This document shows positions 1 through 10,394 of a DNA stretch of 64,000 nt, one piece after another. The position numbers were made by a program, and so were the translations under genes. The notes under the pieces were generated by a model. The model saw nothing but the letters and a program-made list of their open reading frames with translations, searched no databases and had not been told where the DNA came from. The DNA comes from an uncultured Desulfobacter sp. (GTDB lineage: Bacteria > Desulfobacterota > Desulfobacteria > Desulfobacterales > Desulfobacteraceae): contig OY762069.1 in the NCBI GenBank assembly GCA_963665095.1, positions 6,368,001 to 6,432,000 of the forward strand, read 5' to 3'. How positions within the stretch are numbered: position 1 is the first letter of the stretch; the number at the start of each line of letters is the position of its first letter.

Positions 1-160
1 TTCATCCCGGAAAGTTGCGGCGTATTAGAGGGCTTAAGGTATCCCGGCTCCCTTTCTTTTAATCTTAAGTTCGGTTTGTCCTTCTGGTGTGCCTACGGGA
101 AAAATTTTAGATCCGCGTTAAGAGTATTTAAACAACACTGAAATGTAAAGGAGCTGAAGC

Positions 161-1072
161 ATGTCTAAAAAAAGAATTATAAACTGTGCCATCACAGGAT
201 CAATTCATACCCCGAGTATGTCCCAATATCTTCCCTGGAAACCGCAGGATATTGCCCGGCAGGCAATTGATGCGGGCAATGCTGGCGCGGCTGCAGTGCA
301 TATTCATGCCCGGAATCCTGAAAATGGCTCCCCAACCCCGGATCTGGACATTATGAGGCAGATTGTGGAAACCATTCGCGCTGAATCCGATGTACTGCTT
401 TGCATAACAACCGGTGGCGGCGTGGGCATGACTGTGGAACAACGGGTGGCTGTTGTGCCGGAATTTAAGCCGGAATTGTCATCAATGAATGCGGGAAGCA
501 TCAATTTCGGCCTGTTTCCTTTGGCAAAGACAATAAAAAACCCCACCTTTGAATGGGAGAAAGCCTATCTGGAAGCATCCTATGATTTTATCTTTAACAA
601 TACCTTCAAGGCCATGGAAGGCATGTGCACCATCATGCGGGAAAACGGTACAAAACCGGAACTGGAGGTTTATGACACAGGTCACCTGTATAATATAAAA
701 TATCTTTTAAAGCTTGGCCTTCTTGAAGAACCCATTTATCTGCAGTTTATTACAGGCGTACTGGGCGGGATCGGCGCTTCTGTGCATGACCTTGTAAATC
801 TTCATGATACTGCGGAGCGTCTCTTTGGAAAGGGTAATTACAACTGGTCCGCTAACTCGGCAGGGCGGATGGAATTTCCGCTTTGTACAACCAATTTGTT
901 TCTTGGCGGCCATGTCAGGGTCGGCATGGAAGACAATCTTTTCCTCTCTAAAGGGGTGCCCGCCAAGAGCAATGCGCAATTGGTGGAAAAGATGGTGCGC
1001 ATTATGGGTGAATTTGATTTCGAGCCGGCCTCCCCGGATGAGGCCAGGGAAATTTTGAAATTGAGAAAATGA
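161..1072 (+). CDS. Beta-keto acid cleavage enzyme (BKACE / 3-keto-5-aminohexanoate cleavage family, DUF849)
   Basis: IINCAITGS N-terminus, Zn-binding HIHAR, ITTGG, KPELEVYD, RVGMEDN, SNAQLV and PDEAREIL motifs; AAGGAG RBS. Confidence 0.92.
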   Translation: MSKKRIINCAITGSIHTPSMSQYLPWKPQDIARQAIDAGNAGAAAVHIHARNPENGSPTPDLDIMRQIVETIRAESDVLLCITTGGGVGMTVEQRVAVVPEFKPELSSMNAGSINFGLFPLAKTIKNPTFEWEKAYLEASYDFIFNNTFKAMEGMCTIMRENGTKPELEVYDTGHLYNIKYLLKLGLLEEPIYLQFITGVLGGIGASVHDLVNLHDTAERLFGKGNYNWSANSAGRMEFPLCTTNLFLGGHVRVGMEDNLFLSKGVPAKSNAQLVEKMVRIMGEFDFEPASPDEAREILKLRK

Positions 1073-1104
1073 GAGCGCTAATCAATTAAAACAAGGAGGC
1101 CAGG

Positions 1105-2253
1105 GTGGATTTTGACCTAACCAAAGAGCAGGAAATGGTTCGCAAGGAAGTCCGGAAATTTGCCCGGAAGGAAATTGCGCCCATTGCGGCAGAGCTTGAC
1201 GATAAAGAGGAATTTTCTGTAGAGTTGACCAAAAAGATGGGTGACATCGGTCTTTTCGGTATGTTTGTCTCTGATGAGTATGGCGGCCAGGCCATGGACT
1301 ATATCTCTTATATCATTGCCGTTGAAGAGGTGGCGCGTATAGACGGATCACAGGCCGCAACCATTGCAGCGGGCAACTCACTGGGGATCGGCCCCCTCTT
1401 TTACTTTGGTACAGAGGCGCAAAAGAAAAAATATCTGCCCAGGCTTTGTACCGGAGAGGGACTGTGGGGATTTGGACTGACAGAGCCCACGGCCGGCTCC
1501 GATGCCGGCGGATCCAAAACAACCGCAGTGCTGGACGGGGATGAATGGGTGATCAACGGGTCGAAAATATTTATCACCAATGCGGCCTGTGAATTGACCA
1601 TGGGAGTCACGGTTCAGTGCATCACAGGAACCCGGGACAACGGGAAACCCGAATATACCTGTATTATTGTTGAACCTGGCACTCCGGGATTCAAGGCCGT
1701 TCCCATGCATAAAAAAATGATGTGGCGTGCCTCCAATACGGCAGAGCTCTATTTTGACAATGTCCGGGTGCCCAAGGAAAACATTCTGGGTAAAAAAGGG
1801 GACGGATTTCGTCAGATGCTGTCCACCCTGGACGGGGGACGGCTTTCCATCGGCGCCATGGGACTTGGCGGGGCACAGGGGGCCTTTGACATCGCCCTGA
1901 AATATGCGAAAGAAAGGCATCAGTTCAACCAGCCCATTTCCAAATTCCAGGCCAACGCCTTTAAGCTGTCTGACTGTGCCATGGAGATCGAATGTGCCAG
2001 AAACCTTTTGTACAAGGCATGCTGGCTTAAATCCAATCATCGCCCCTTTGGTAAGGAAGCAGCCATGGGCAAGCTTTATTGTTCCGAACTCATGGGCCGG
2101 GTGGCTAACCATGCCGTACAGATACACGGCGGCTACGGGCTCATGAAAGAGTATCATGTGGAACGGTTTTACCGGGACCAGAAGCTCCTTGATATCGGGG
2201 AGGGCACTTCAGAGATCCAGAGGCTGGTTATTTCAAGATACATTGGGTGTTAA
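1105..2253 (+). CDS. Acyl-CoA dehydrogenase (short/branched-chain type)
   Basis: FGLTEPTAGSDAG, WVINGSKIFITN, QIHGGYG, IGEGTSEIQR; GTG start after AGGAGG. Confidence 0.95.
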   Translation: MDFDLTKEQEMVRKEVRKFARKEIAPIAAELDDKEEFSVELTKKMGDIGLFGMFVSDEYGGQAMDYISYIIAVEEVARIDGSQAATIAAGNSLGIGPLFYFGTEAQKKKYLPRLCTGEGLWGFGLTEPTAGSDAGGSKTTAVLDGDEWVINGSKIFITNAACELTMGVTVQCITGTRDNGKPEYTCIIVEPGTPGFKAVPMHKKMMWRASNTAELYFDNVRVPKENILGKKGDGFRQMLSTLDGGRLSIGAMGLGGAQGAFDIALKYAKERHQFNQPISKFQANAFKLSDCAMEIECARNLLYKACWLKSNHRPFGKEAAMGKLYCSELMGRVANHAVQIHGGYGLMKEYHVERFYRDQKLLDIGEGTSEIQRLVISRYIGC

Positions 2254-2279
2254 TCATCCTTCAATAATTAGGAGATACC

Positions 2280-2915
2280 ATGGAAAAAGAGGAAAAATTC
2301 CCCTACATCAATGCGGACTATTTTGAAGGCCTCACCGGAGACATCCAGGACGGGGACTCCGGAACGCTGGATGACGTCGGTGCCCGGATTAAACACCTTA
2401 GAGAGGAGAGGGGGCTTACCCTGCAGTCGCTTTCTGATTTAACCGGATTTGACGTGTCCCGGCTTGAGGCCATTGAAAGTGGAGAATTCAAACCCCAGCT
2501 TGGCATGATTATGAAACTGTCCAAGGCCCTTGACCTTGCAGTGGGCAGACTGGTGTCTGGGGTGGGAACAAGCCTTTACGCCATTACCCGGAAAAACGAG
2601 AGAAAACCCATTGCAAGATCTGCCTCCAAAATCGGCAAAAAACATGAGTATGCCTATATGAGTCTGGCCCCGGAAGTTCAGGGCAGGCACATGGAGGCAT
2701 TAATCGTCCAGTTGGAACAAAGCCAGGAAAAAGAAATTTCCGTTCACAACGGCGAAGAATTTATTTTTGTCCTTAATGGAGAGGTTAATCTGACCATTGC
2801 AAAGGAGTCCTATGATCTTGAACCGGGCGACAGCGCCTATTATTTATCAACCACCCCCCACTACATCACTGCAAAAACAGAAAAAGCCACCATACTTGCA
2901 GTGCTGTATGAATAG
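2280..2915 (+). CDS. XRE-family HTH + cupin transcriptional regulator
   Basis: GARIKHLREERGLTLQSLS HTH; C-terminal cupin HNGEEFIFVLNG...LEPGDSAYY...PH. Confidence 0.9.
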   Translation: MEKEEKFPYINADYFEGLTGDIQDGDSGTLDDVGARIKHLREERGLTLQSLSDLTGFDVSRLEAIESGEFKPQLGMIMKLSKALDLAVGRLVSGVGTSLYAITRKNERKPIARSASKIGKKHEYAYMSLAPEVQGRHMEALIVQLEQSQEKEISVHNGEEFIFVLNGEVNLTIAKESYDLEPGDSAYYLSTTPHYITAKTEKATILAVLYE

Positions 2916-2952
2916 GTATATGTTGTGACAAAAACTAGTTAGGACTTGGGAA

Positions 2953-3774
2953 ATGAAAAAAAATATACACACATTGTTTTTTAGCGCTACCGGTACAACA
3001 AAGCAAATTGTAACAGGTATTGCAAAACAAATTGCCAAAAACGCCGGCGAAGAAATTGCAATCAGTCATATCGACTTTACACTGCCTAAAATTCGGGAAA
3101 AATCTTTTTCCTTTGGCAAAGAGGATCTTGTTATTGCAGGTGTTCCGGTTTACGCCGGGCGCGTACCCAATGTGCTGCTCAAATTCTTAAACACCATTGC
3201 CGGTAACGGTGCAACGGCAGTGGCAATTGTCCTTTATGGAAACCGTCATTATGATGACGCATTGATAGAGTTCAAGGATATTCTGGAAGCAGACGGTTTT
3301 AATGTTATCGCCGGTGGCGCGTTTATAGGTGAACACTCCTTTTCAACCACCCTTGGCGCAGGCAGGCCCAACCAGCAGGATATGACCATCGCTGCGGAAT
3401 TTGCAGATAAAATTTATGATAAACTGAAGATGCCGGATGAGGATTCCCCGGTGGTGGTAAAAGGAAATCAACCCTATAAAAGCTATTACATACCTAAGGA
3501 CCAGGATGGAAATCCGGTAAGTATTCTCAAGGTCATTCCCAAAACAAATAATGACTGCACGGACTGCAAGCTGTGCAGTGAGGTTTGTCCCATGGGATCA
3601 ATTGACGCCGGCGATGTTTCCAAAATAACAGGCATATGTATTAAATGCTGTGCCTGTATCAAAAAATGTCCTGTTGGGGCAAAGTATTTTGATGATGACA
3701 ATTATCTATGGCATAAAACTGAACTGGAGGAGAAGTTTACTGATACACGGCGGGAACCGGAATATTTTGTCTGA
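2953..3774 (+). CDS. Flavodoxin-fold / 2x[4Fe-4S] ferredoxin fusion (EFR1-like ferrodoxin)
   Basis: FFSATGTT, PVYAGRVP, YGNRHYDDAL; CTDCKLCSEVCP and CIKCCACIKKCP. Confidence 0.88.
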   Translation: MKKNIHTLFFSATGTTKQIVTGIAKQIAKNAGEEIAISHIDFTLPKIREKSFSFGKEDLVIAGVPVYAGRVPNVLLKFLNTIAGNGATAVAIVLYGNRHYDDALIEFKDILEADGFNVIAGGAFIGEHSFSTTLGAGRPNQQDMTIAAEFADKIYDKLKMPDEDSPVVVKGNQPYKSYYIPKDQDGNPVSILKVIPKTNNDCTDCKLCSEVCPMGSIDAGDVSKITGICIKCCACIKKCPVGAKYFDDDNYLWHKTELEEKFTDTRREPEYFV

Positions 3775-3777
3775 TCA

Positions 3778-4431
3778 TTATATTTCCAGGGCGATGTGAT
3801 CAACTATCGCCCTTATTTCACCAAGCCTTGCCGGAATATCCCGGGCACCAAGGATGTCAGAGATCAGGCAGAAGGTTGTGGCCCCATGGGCAGCCACGGC
3901 ATTTATGTTCTCCCGCTTGATGCCGCCGATGGCTGTAAATGGAATGTTTTTAAGGGATGCGGCATGTTCAATCAGGGGAAAACCAACCGTGTCGCTGGCA
4001 TCTTTTTTGGTCTGTGTGGCATAGACCGGTCCCACACCGATGTAGTCCACCTGGTCGTCAATGGCCTTTGCAATCTGTTCCGGGCTGTGGGTGGAACAGC
4101 CCACCATGAGATGGGGGTAGCGTTTTTTGACCAGGCCTGCGGGCAGGTCCTCCTGTCCTAAATGGACCCCGTCCGCTCCGGATAAAAGCGCAATATCCAG
4201 AAAATCATTCACGATAAAAGGAATACCCGCTTCCCGGGCCATGGCCGCAATTTGTGAGCATTCGGCAAGCATGACGCCCCGGTCCTTTTCATGGGCCTTT
4301 TCCCGGTACTGAAGAATATTTACCCCCCCTTTGATCAGCATGTCAGCCGTGTGAATATTGGACCTGCCAAGTGAGAAAGCTTCTCCTAAAATACCATATA
4401 TACCTTTGGGAAATTTATCTCTTAAATCCAT
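3778..4431 (-). CDS. thiE: Thiamine-phosphate synthase
   Basis: QYREK, FIVND, ADGVHLGQED, GCSTH, DYIGVGPVYATQTK, AIGGI. Confidence 0.92.
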   Translation of the reverse strand: MDLRDKFPKGIYGILGEAFSLGRSNIHTADMLIKGGVNILQYREKAHEKDRGVMLAECSQIAAMAREAGIPFIVNDFLDIALLSGADGVHLGQEDLPAGLVKKRYPHLMVGCSTHSPEQIAKAIDDQVDYIGVGPVYATQTKKDASDTVGFPLIEHAASLKNIPFTAIGGIKRENINAVAAHGATTFCLISDILGARDIPARLGEIRAIVDHIALEI

Positions 4432-4455
4432 TTACGCTTCCTGTCGTTGACCGGG

Positions 4456-5301
4456 TTACACAGAGACCAGCACCAGAGATACAAAGGCCGCGCCTACGCC
4501 TGCCCACTGCAGGGGCAAAAGGCGTTCCTTGAGGAATATAACCGCGAGCAGCACTGTGGCGGCCGGATAAAGGGAGCCTAAAACAGCGGCAATGTCCAGG
4601 CGGCCGGTGCGGGCTGCCATGGAAAACAGACAGTTGCCGCAGGCATCCAGGACGCCGCCAAGGACCACAAAAGACCACTGGCCTGACGCCGGCAGGCAGG
4701 GCTTTTTTGTGACTCCCATGAATATCAGCAGAAGAGATACGGAAAAGACCCTTGCACTGACCAGGGGCCAGAAAACAGACTGATCATTGGCTTTGTCAAT
4801 CAGGATGAAAAACAGCCCGAATGCAAGCCCGGATAAAAAGGCGATCACAAATTCATTCAGGGTCATCCGGAAGGCAATATCCCCTGATGCCAGAAGCCAG
4901 ACCGCCACAACAAAACAGACAAACCCCGCCATTTGCATCAAAGAGGGCAGGCCGATGTGAAACATGGTGTATCCCACAGGCAAAAGGGCGGTTAAAACTG
5001 CGGAGAGAGGTGCTACAATCCCCATGCGTCCGGTGGACAGGCCATGGTAGAGGGCCAGAAGCCCGCATATTCCCAGGCTGCCTGCCAGCCCGCCGTAAAG
5101 CAGGTGGGAAACCTGCGGCAGTGCTTCTGAAACAGCAAGTGCGGCAAACAGCATGACAACGGCGCCAATGATCTGGCAGAAAAGTACCACAGCAAAAATC
5201 CGGCCTTTTCTGGAGGCCAGTCCACCGTTAAAATCACCTGCACCCCAGGCAAAGGCACTGGCCAGTCCGTACAGGATCGCTATGGGTTCCGATGTCATCA
5301 T
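4456..5301 (-). CDS. EamA/DMT family transporter
   Basis: About 10 hydrophobic helices, WGAGDFNGG, SLYPAATVLLA...LKERL; start reassigned to MMTSEP. Confidence 0.85.
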   Translation of the reverse strand: MMTSEPIAILYGLASAFAWGAGDFNGGLASRKGRIFAVVLFCQIIGAVVMLFAALAVSEALPQVSHLLYGGLAGSLGICGLLALYHGLSTGRMGIVAPLSAVLTALLPVGYTMFHIGLPSLMQMAGFVCFVVAVWLLASGDIAFRMTLNEFVIAFLSGLAFGLFFILIDKANDQSVFWPLVSARVFSVSLLLIFMGVTKKPCLPASGQWSFVVLGGVLDACGNCLFSMAARTGRLDIAAVLGSLYPAATVLLAVIFLKERLLPLQWAGVGAAFVSLVLVSV

Positions 5302-5410
5302 CCGGCCCTTATACAGCAGAACTTTTAAAAAGTCATCCGGTCTTTCCATGCCGGGCAGGAAAAAGATTGGGGGGACCCTGGGGTGCCCCATGCAGTATTG
5401 TCACAAGTGG

Positions 5411-6148
5411 CTAATGGGTCAGAATCATGGAGATAAATCCGGCAGCCCTTTCCGTCTGCGGATTGTCGAAAAACTCATCTGGTTTTCCCGTTTCCACGAT
5501 CTGCCCCTCGTCCATAAACACCACCCGGTCCGCCACTTTTTTGGCAAACCCCATCTCATGGGTGACCACGCACATGGTCATTCCTTCGCTGGTCAGATCG
5601 GTCATGACATCCAGCACTTCACCGATCATCTCCGGGTCAAGGGCAGATGTGGGCTCGTCAAAGAGCATGATCTCAGGAGACATGGCAAGGCCCCGGGCAA
5701 TGGCCACCCGCTGCTGCTGGCCGCCGGAGAGCTGGGCCGGATATGCGTCTGCCTTGTCGGAGAGCCCCACCCGGGCCAGTTTTTCCATAGCCACCTGCCG
5801 GGCTTTGGCTTTAGGTACTTTTTTCACATTCACCGGGGCCAGCATGATGTTCTGCAGCACAGTCATATGGGGATAGAGGTGGAACTGCTGGAAGACAAAT
5901 CCGATCTCTGCCCGCAGTTTGGTCAGATTGGCGGAGTGGTCATGGACATCAATGCCGCAGACATTGATCTCTCCTTTGGCAATATCCTCCAGGCGGTTGA
6001 TGCAGCGGATCAGGGTGGATTTCCCGGATCCTGACGGCCCGCAGATGACAAGCACCTCCCCTTTGGGTACGGTCAGGTTGATGTCCTTGAGAACATGGAG
6101 CTTGCCAAACCATTTGTTCACATTTTTAAATTCAATGATATTTTCCAT
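5411..6148 (-). CDS. Polar amino-acid ABC transporter ATP-binding protein (GlnQ-like)
   Basis: [42 protein letters not shown]. Confidence 0.95.
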   Translation of the reverse strand: MENIIEFKNVNKWFGKLHVLKDINLTVPKGEVLVICGPSGSGKSTLIRCINRLEDIAKGEINVCGIDVHDHSANLTKLRAEIGFVFQQFHLYPHMTVLQNIMLAPVNVKKVPKAKARQVAMEKLARVGLSDKADAYPAQLSGGQQQRVAIARGLAMSPEIMLFDEPTSALDPEMIGEVLDVMTDLTSEGMTMCVVTHEMGFAKKVADRVVFMDEGQIVETGKPDEFFDNPQTERAAGFISMILTH

Positions 6149-6164
6149 TTTCCTGTCCTTATGC

Positions 6165-6818
6165 TTATACCGCCATTTTCCGTTCCAGGTAGTTGGACAG
6201 AAGAATCAGGGGGTAAGAGATGACAAAATAAAGAATGCCCACCAGGGAAAAGACCATCAGCCCTTCGGGAATCCGGATCACCGTGACCCAGCCCACCCGG
6301 GTGAGGTCCATGACGCCGATGACCGACACCACAGATGTGTCTTTAATTAGTAAAACATATTGTCCCACCAGCGGGGGCAGGATCACTTTCATGGCCTGGG
6401 GAAGAATGACCAGGCGAAGCTGCTGGGTCAGGGTCAGGCCCGAGGAGATGGCTGCCTCCCATTGTCCCCTGGGAATGGAGGAGATGCCGCCGGCCACAAT
6501 TTCACAGATAAATGCCGAGCCCATAATGGCCATGGCCAGAAGAGCGGCCGGAAAGGCCTCAAGCTGCAGTCCCCACTCCGGTAGAATAAAAAAGATGATA
6601 AACACCTGAACCACAAAAGGCGTTCCCCGGACAAAGGCGACATAGACGCCGATAATTCGTTTCAGCAGCTTGTTTTTTCCGGCCCTGAAAATGCCGAGTA
6701 TGAATCCTAAAAGCGTACAGGAGACAAGGGATATAAATGCGATTTGCACCGTCATCCAAAGCCCTTTGAGAAAAAAAGGAAAAATTTCCACAAGCTTTGA
6801 AAAATAGAAGGGGATCAT
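6165..6818 (-). CDS. Polar amino-acid ABC transporter permease
   Basis: [15 protein letters not shown] (EAA loop), ILPQA, LIKDTS. Confidence 0.93.
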   Translation of the reverse strand: MIPFYFSKLVEIFPFFLKGLWMTVQIAFISLVSCTLLGFILGIFRAGKNKLLKRIIGVYVAFVRGTPFVVQVFIIFFILPEWGLQLEAFPAALLAMAIMGSAFICEIVAGGISSIPRGQWEAAISSGLTLTQQLRLVILPQAMKVILPPLVGQYVLLIKDTSVVSVIGVMDLTRVGWVTVIRIPEGLMVFSLVGILYFVISYPLILLSNYLERKMAV

Positions 6819-6819
6819 A

Positions 6820-7488
6820 TCAATATGCCTCCCTGAAGATCAGTTTTTTCTGTGACCAGCCAGCCAGGGCGCTGAGTACGAAGTAGATACACATGTAGAA
6901 AAATGCCACGGTGAAAAAGGCTTCCGTTGGCATGAAGCGTTCTGATGTTAACGTCTGGCCGCACCGGGTCAGTTCGGCCACAGAGATCAGCGAGAGCAGG
7001 GCGGAATCCTTGACCAGGACAATGGCCTGGCCTAACAGCGGGGGGATGGTGACCCCTAATGCCTGGGGAAGAATAATGAACCGCATGCGCTGGACATAGC
7101 TTAAGCCCGATGCGATTCCCGCCTCCATCTGGCCGTTGTCCACCGATGAGATGCCTGCCCGGATAATTTCAGCCACATAGGCGCCTGAGTTGAGCATCAG
7201 GGCAAGGATCCCGGTCTGGATTTCAGGGATTCTCACCCCTAAAGTGGGCAACCCGAAATAGAAAAAATAGATCTGTACCAGAAGCGGCGTGGACCGGATC
7301 AGCTCAATATAGGCAATAGCCGGTATCTTCAGAAATTTATAGGGAGAAATCCGGCAGGCACAGGCCACAATACCCGTGGCCAGGGCAAGAAATATGGAAA
7401 TAATGGAGATCAGAAATGTGGCGCTTAACCCCTGCAGAAACAAAGGCAGATACTCAATGATGATCCTGAAATTGAAATTTTCCAGCAT
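6820..7488 (-). CDS. Polar amino-acid ABC transporter permease
   Basis: RSTPLLVQ, AYVAEIIRAGI, GQMEAG, VKDSAL; start reassigned to MLENF. Confidence 0.92.
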   Translation of the reverse strand: MLENFNFRIIIEYLPLFLQGLSATFLISIISIFLALATGIVACACRISPYKFLKIPAIAYIELIRSTPLLVQIYFFYFGLPTLGVRIPEIQTGILALMLNSGAYVAEIIRAGISSVDNGQMEAGIASGLSYVQRMRFIILPQALGVTIPPLLGQAIVLVKDSALLSLISVAELTRCGQTLTSERFMPTEAFFTVAFFYMCIYFVLSALAGWSQKKLIFREAY

Positions 7489-7610
7489 ACATGCAACCCC
7501 GTGAAATGTTATTTTTAAAACCAGGCAGGCCTGTCTGTATGACGGTCTGCCCGGTTTCATTCACAAGCCGGATTACCGGGCGTCGGGCGCCGGGTAAGGA
7601 TCCGACATGA

Positions 7611-8405
7611 TTAATGGTCTTTTTTCCACTCAGTGCCTTCCATCCAGTAGGAGATATTTTTGTCATATTCCCCGTTGGCACGGACGGTTGAAAAGTAAAG
7701 ATTGATCCACTGCCACAGGTTCACGGATTCGTGACGTACGGCAAAGGCAAGGGGGTCTTTGCCCTGGCCCAGACGTTTGTCCAGAAGGCGTACGGAGTTG
7801 GGCGGAAAATCAGGCAGCACTGTCAGAACTGCCAGGTCATCATTGACGCCTGCATCAATGTGTCCGGCAACCAGCGCCTGAACCACCATGCGGCCGCCGC
7901 CTTTATATGATTTGATTTTGGCGTTGGGCAGGTATTTTTTTGCAATGGTTTCACCGGTGGATCCCAAGAGAACGCCTACGGTAACGTCCGATTTGTTCAC
8001 ATCTTCAAGCGTTTGGTAGGGTTTGTTCGTGGCAGTGAAGATACAGGGCTGTACATAGATCCAGGGATCGGTGAAGGAGATCTTCAACGCCCGTTTCAGG
8101 GTCGGTGTCATGTCAGCGGCTAGAATGTCCGCCTTTCCGGAGAGCAGAGCGGGAATCAGACCGTCCCAGTCAAAATCAAGGATTTTAAGTTTAACGCCCA
8201 TGGCATCGGCCATTCCCTGGGCAAAATCAACCATGGAACCTGCCGGTACGCCGGTTTTATCCACAAAGGCATAGGGGGGCGCCCCGGATTGCACGGCCAC
8301 TCTGAGCTCTCCGCGTTTGACGATGTCTGTCAGGGTGCCTGCAAAGCAGATACCGGCGGACAGCACAGTGATGACAGCAGCAAACATCAAGGTTTTCAGT
8401 TTCAT
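7611..8405 (-). CDS. Polar amino-acid ABC substrate-binding protein (SBP family 3)
   Basis: Signal peptide, IVKRGELRV, WDGLIPALLSGKADI, ISFTDP. Confidence 0.93.
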   Translation of the reverse strand: MKLKTLMFAAVITVLSAGICFAGTLTDIVKRGELRVAVQSGAPPYAFVDKTGVPAGSMVDFAQGMADAMGVKLKILDFDWDGLIPALLSGKADILAADMTPTLKRALKISFTDPWIYVQPCIFTATNKPYQTLEDVNKSDVTVGVLLGSTGETIAKKYLPNAKIKSYKGGGRMVVQALVAGHIDAGVNDDLAVLTVLPDFPPNSVRLLDKRLGQGKDPLAFAVRHESVNLWQWINLYFSTVRANGEYDKNISYWMEGTEWKKDH

Positions 8406-8460
8406 TTTTTTCCTCTCCTCTTCTCTTCTTTTAATTGGTATTAAATACGGTGTCAGGATC

Positions 8461-9627
8461 TTATTCCAGAACCGTCAGCTCCTCGTCAATCCGGATTCCT
8501 TTTTCTTTCAGGGCGTCCATGAATGGTTTTACCGGAATATGAACCGTGGGGGAGAGTACCCCTTTTTCAGTGATCATACCGGAGGCAATCATGCGGGCGG
8601 CAATGGCGGCGGTATAACCCACGCCTTTGCTCATGCCCATGATGCCGGTGTCAAGATCCCGCTCAATGACCATGGTGTAGGTCAGGCGGCTCTTTTTACC
8701 GTTCATCATCCCTTCAAATATATTGATCATCACCACCAGGTCCTTTTCATCCGGGCCGTATTGCAGCTTGGGCCCCAGGTGCTTGTCCAGCATGTCCATG
8801 GGAGAACAGTCCAGTCCTGCCACAGATTCTTCTGATGTCAGGCCCAGTTCTTTCATGGGGCGCCAGAATTCACACCAGCCCGGCCAGCGCAGGGAGTACC
8901 GCCCGGTATCCCGGATGGTGGAAGTAACACCTAAAAGGTCTGTGAAAAAGACGGCATCCCCGTTGGGATAGGCCTCTAAAGGCCCTAAACCTGGCACATC
9001 CAGCATATGGATATTGGCCGGATCATAGAGCGTGCTTTCGGGGATATCCACCACGTCTCCATCCTTGATGACTCTTGCATCCCTGTTCAATGCACTTAAG
9101 ACCCCCCGCCAGATCCAGGAGATTTTGTAATTCAGCGGATTGGTGCAGGCGGATTTTTCCGGAAATCCGCCGCAGTAGGAGTTGACCAGGGTCAAAGAGT
9201 CAAACCGTCTGCCGGCATCCCCGTAAATCACCAGGTCAATTCCCGGGTCAAGGCCGCATTCCGGCAGAATGGTGATGCCCGCTTTTTTTGCCCGTTCATC
9301 CAACGCTTTTGAGGCATGGGCATAGTTGGTGTTGACCACAGACGTCCGGGTCTCCATGGCTGCCTCGTAAATGGACTCCTTAAAATCCTTGGGGAGAAGA
9401 TCAATGACGATATCCACGTCATTATAGAGGCGGACCAGGTTCTCCTTTTTCTTGGCATCAAGACAGACCGCTTCAATTTTCTCCATGGGTGTAAAGGGTT
9501 TGATGGCTTCAAGTGCCCGGGTGTCAAGGTCAGCACAGATGATTTTTTCCACTTCCGGATCCTGTGCCAGGTCACTTACAGCTGTACGGCCCTGGGTGCC
9601 GCATCCGCCTAAAACAAGTACTTTCAT
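8461..9627 (-). CDS. Saccharopine dehydrogenase family oxidoreductase (L-lysine 6-dehydrogenase-like)
   Basis: MKVLVLGGCGTQG Rossmann motif, CGLDPGID, YCGGFP, NPLNYKISW, SLRWPG; start reassigned to MKVLV. Confidence 0.85.
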   Translation of the reverse strand: MKVLVLGGCGTQGRTAVSDLAQDPEVEKIICADLDTRALEAIKPFTPMEKIEAVCLDAKKKENLVRLYNDVDIVIDLLPKDFKESIYEAAMETRTSVVNTNYAHASKALDERAKKAGITILPECGLDPGIDLVIYGDAGRRFDSLTLVNSYCGGFPEKSACTNPLNYKISWIWRGVLSALNRDARVIKDGDVVDIPESTLYDPANIHMLDVPGLGPLEAYPNGDAVFFTDLLGVTSTIRDTGRYSLRWPGWCEFWRPMKELGLTSEESVAGLDCSPMDMLDKHLGPKLQYGPDEKDLVVMINIFEGMMNGKKSRLTYTMVIERDLDTGIMGMSKGVGYTAAIAARMIASGMITEKGVLSPTVHIPVKPFMDALKEKGIRIDEELTVLE

Positions 9628-9695
9628 ATGTTGCTCTCTATTGGATTGATTGTATCTGAAAGCCCTGTGGTGTGAGGAACTTGCAGATGTTGCAG

Positions 9696-9729
9696 CGGGC
9701 AAAACCGGCAGTCTGGCCGGTTTTGCCCG
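9696..9729. other. GC-rich intergenic hairpin between gntR and the dehydrogenase
   Basis: cgggcaaaaccggc-agtctg-gccggttttgcccg, 14-bp perfect inverted repeat, no U-tract. Confidence 0.6.
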
Positions 9730-9734
9730 GGCCG

Positions 9735-10394
9735 TTATAATCTGCCGAACAACTTATTAAATGTGGTTCGGACATGGTCTCTCATCAGTTCTCCGGCACG
9801 GGCCGCATCCTGTTGCTCAATGGCCCGGACAATGTCGATGTGCTGCCGGGGGCTGATCCGCTGGGGACCAGGGGTGTTTCCCATATAAGCGACATCAAAA
9901 AAGCAGATATAGGTATGGGATCTCCAGAAGCTGTGCCGGCAGTAATGCTCAATATAGGGATTGCCGCTGAACCGGGCAATTCCCATATGGAATGCTTCGT
10001 TCAAAGAGAGGCTGGCCATCTGGGTCTTTTCATCGGCAAGGCTGCCGAGCTCACACTCTTTTTCCAGGCACTCCTTAAGGAAATCGATATCGCCGGTATC
10101 GGCATTCTCGGCAGCGCCGGATGCGGCAAGGCCTTCAAGATGCTCTCTGATAAAAAAAACATGTCTGGCATCCTTAGGATCTGGCAGTGGAATAAAGCAT
10201 CCTTTTTTCTTTTTTTTATCCAGGAACCCTTCGGCCACAAGTTGACCCAGTGCATGGCGCACAGGCGTCCGGCTAAGGCCTAAGGACTCGGCAAGCTCGG
10301 TTTCCAGGATAAATTCGCCCGGCTTGAACTGGTTGTTCAAAATCAGTTCAATGATCTTTTTATAGACAAATTCATCCAGATTTTTCCCGGCCAT
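9735..10394 (-). CDS. GntR/FadR (FCD) family transcriptional regulator
   Basis: ETELAESLGLSRTPVRHAL wHTH; FCD motifs NEAFH and QHIDIVRAI...MRDH; start reassigned to MAGKN. Confidence 0.92.
   Translation of the reverse strand: MAGKNLDEFVYKKIIELILNNQFKPGEFILETELAESLGLSRTPVRHALGQLVAEGFLDKKKKKGCFIPLPDPKDARHVFFIREHLEGLAASGAAENADTGDIDFLKECLEKECELGSLADEKTQMASLSLNEAFHMGIARFSGNPYIEHYCRHSFWRSHTYICFFDVAYMGNTPGPQRISPRQHIDIVRAIEQQDAARAGELMRDHVRTTFNKLFGRL

Noticed and set aside
1378..2157. 259-aa minus-strand ORF
   Set aside because: Antisense to the acyl-CoA dehydrogenase; no motifs
4431..4460. TPP riboswitch for thiE
   Set aside because: Only a 24-bp gap and no aptamer motifs
5153..6034. 293-aa plus-strand ORF
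   Set aside because: Antisense shadow of the ABC ATPase and EamA genes; no motifs
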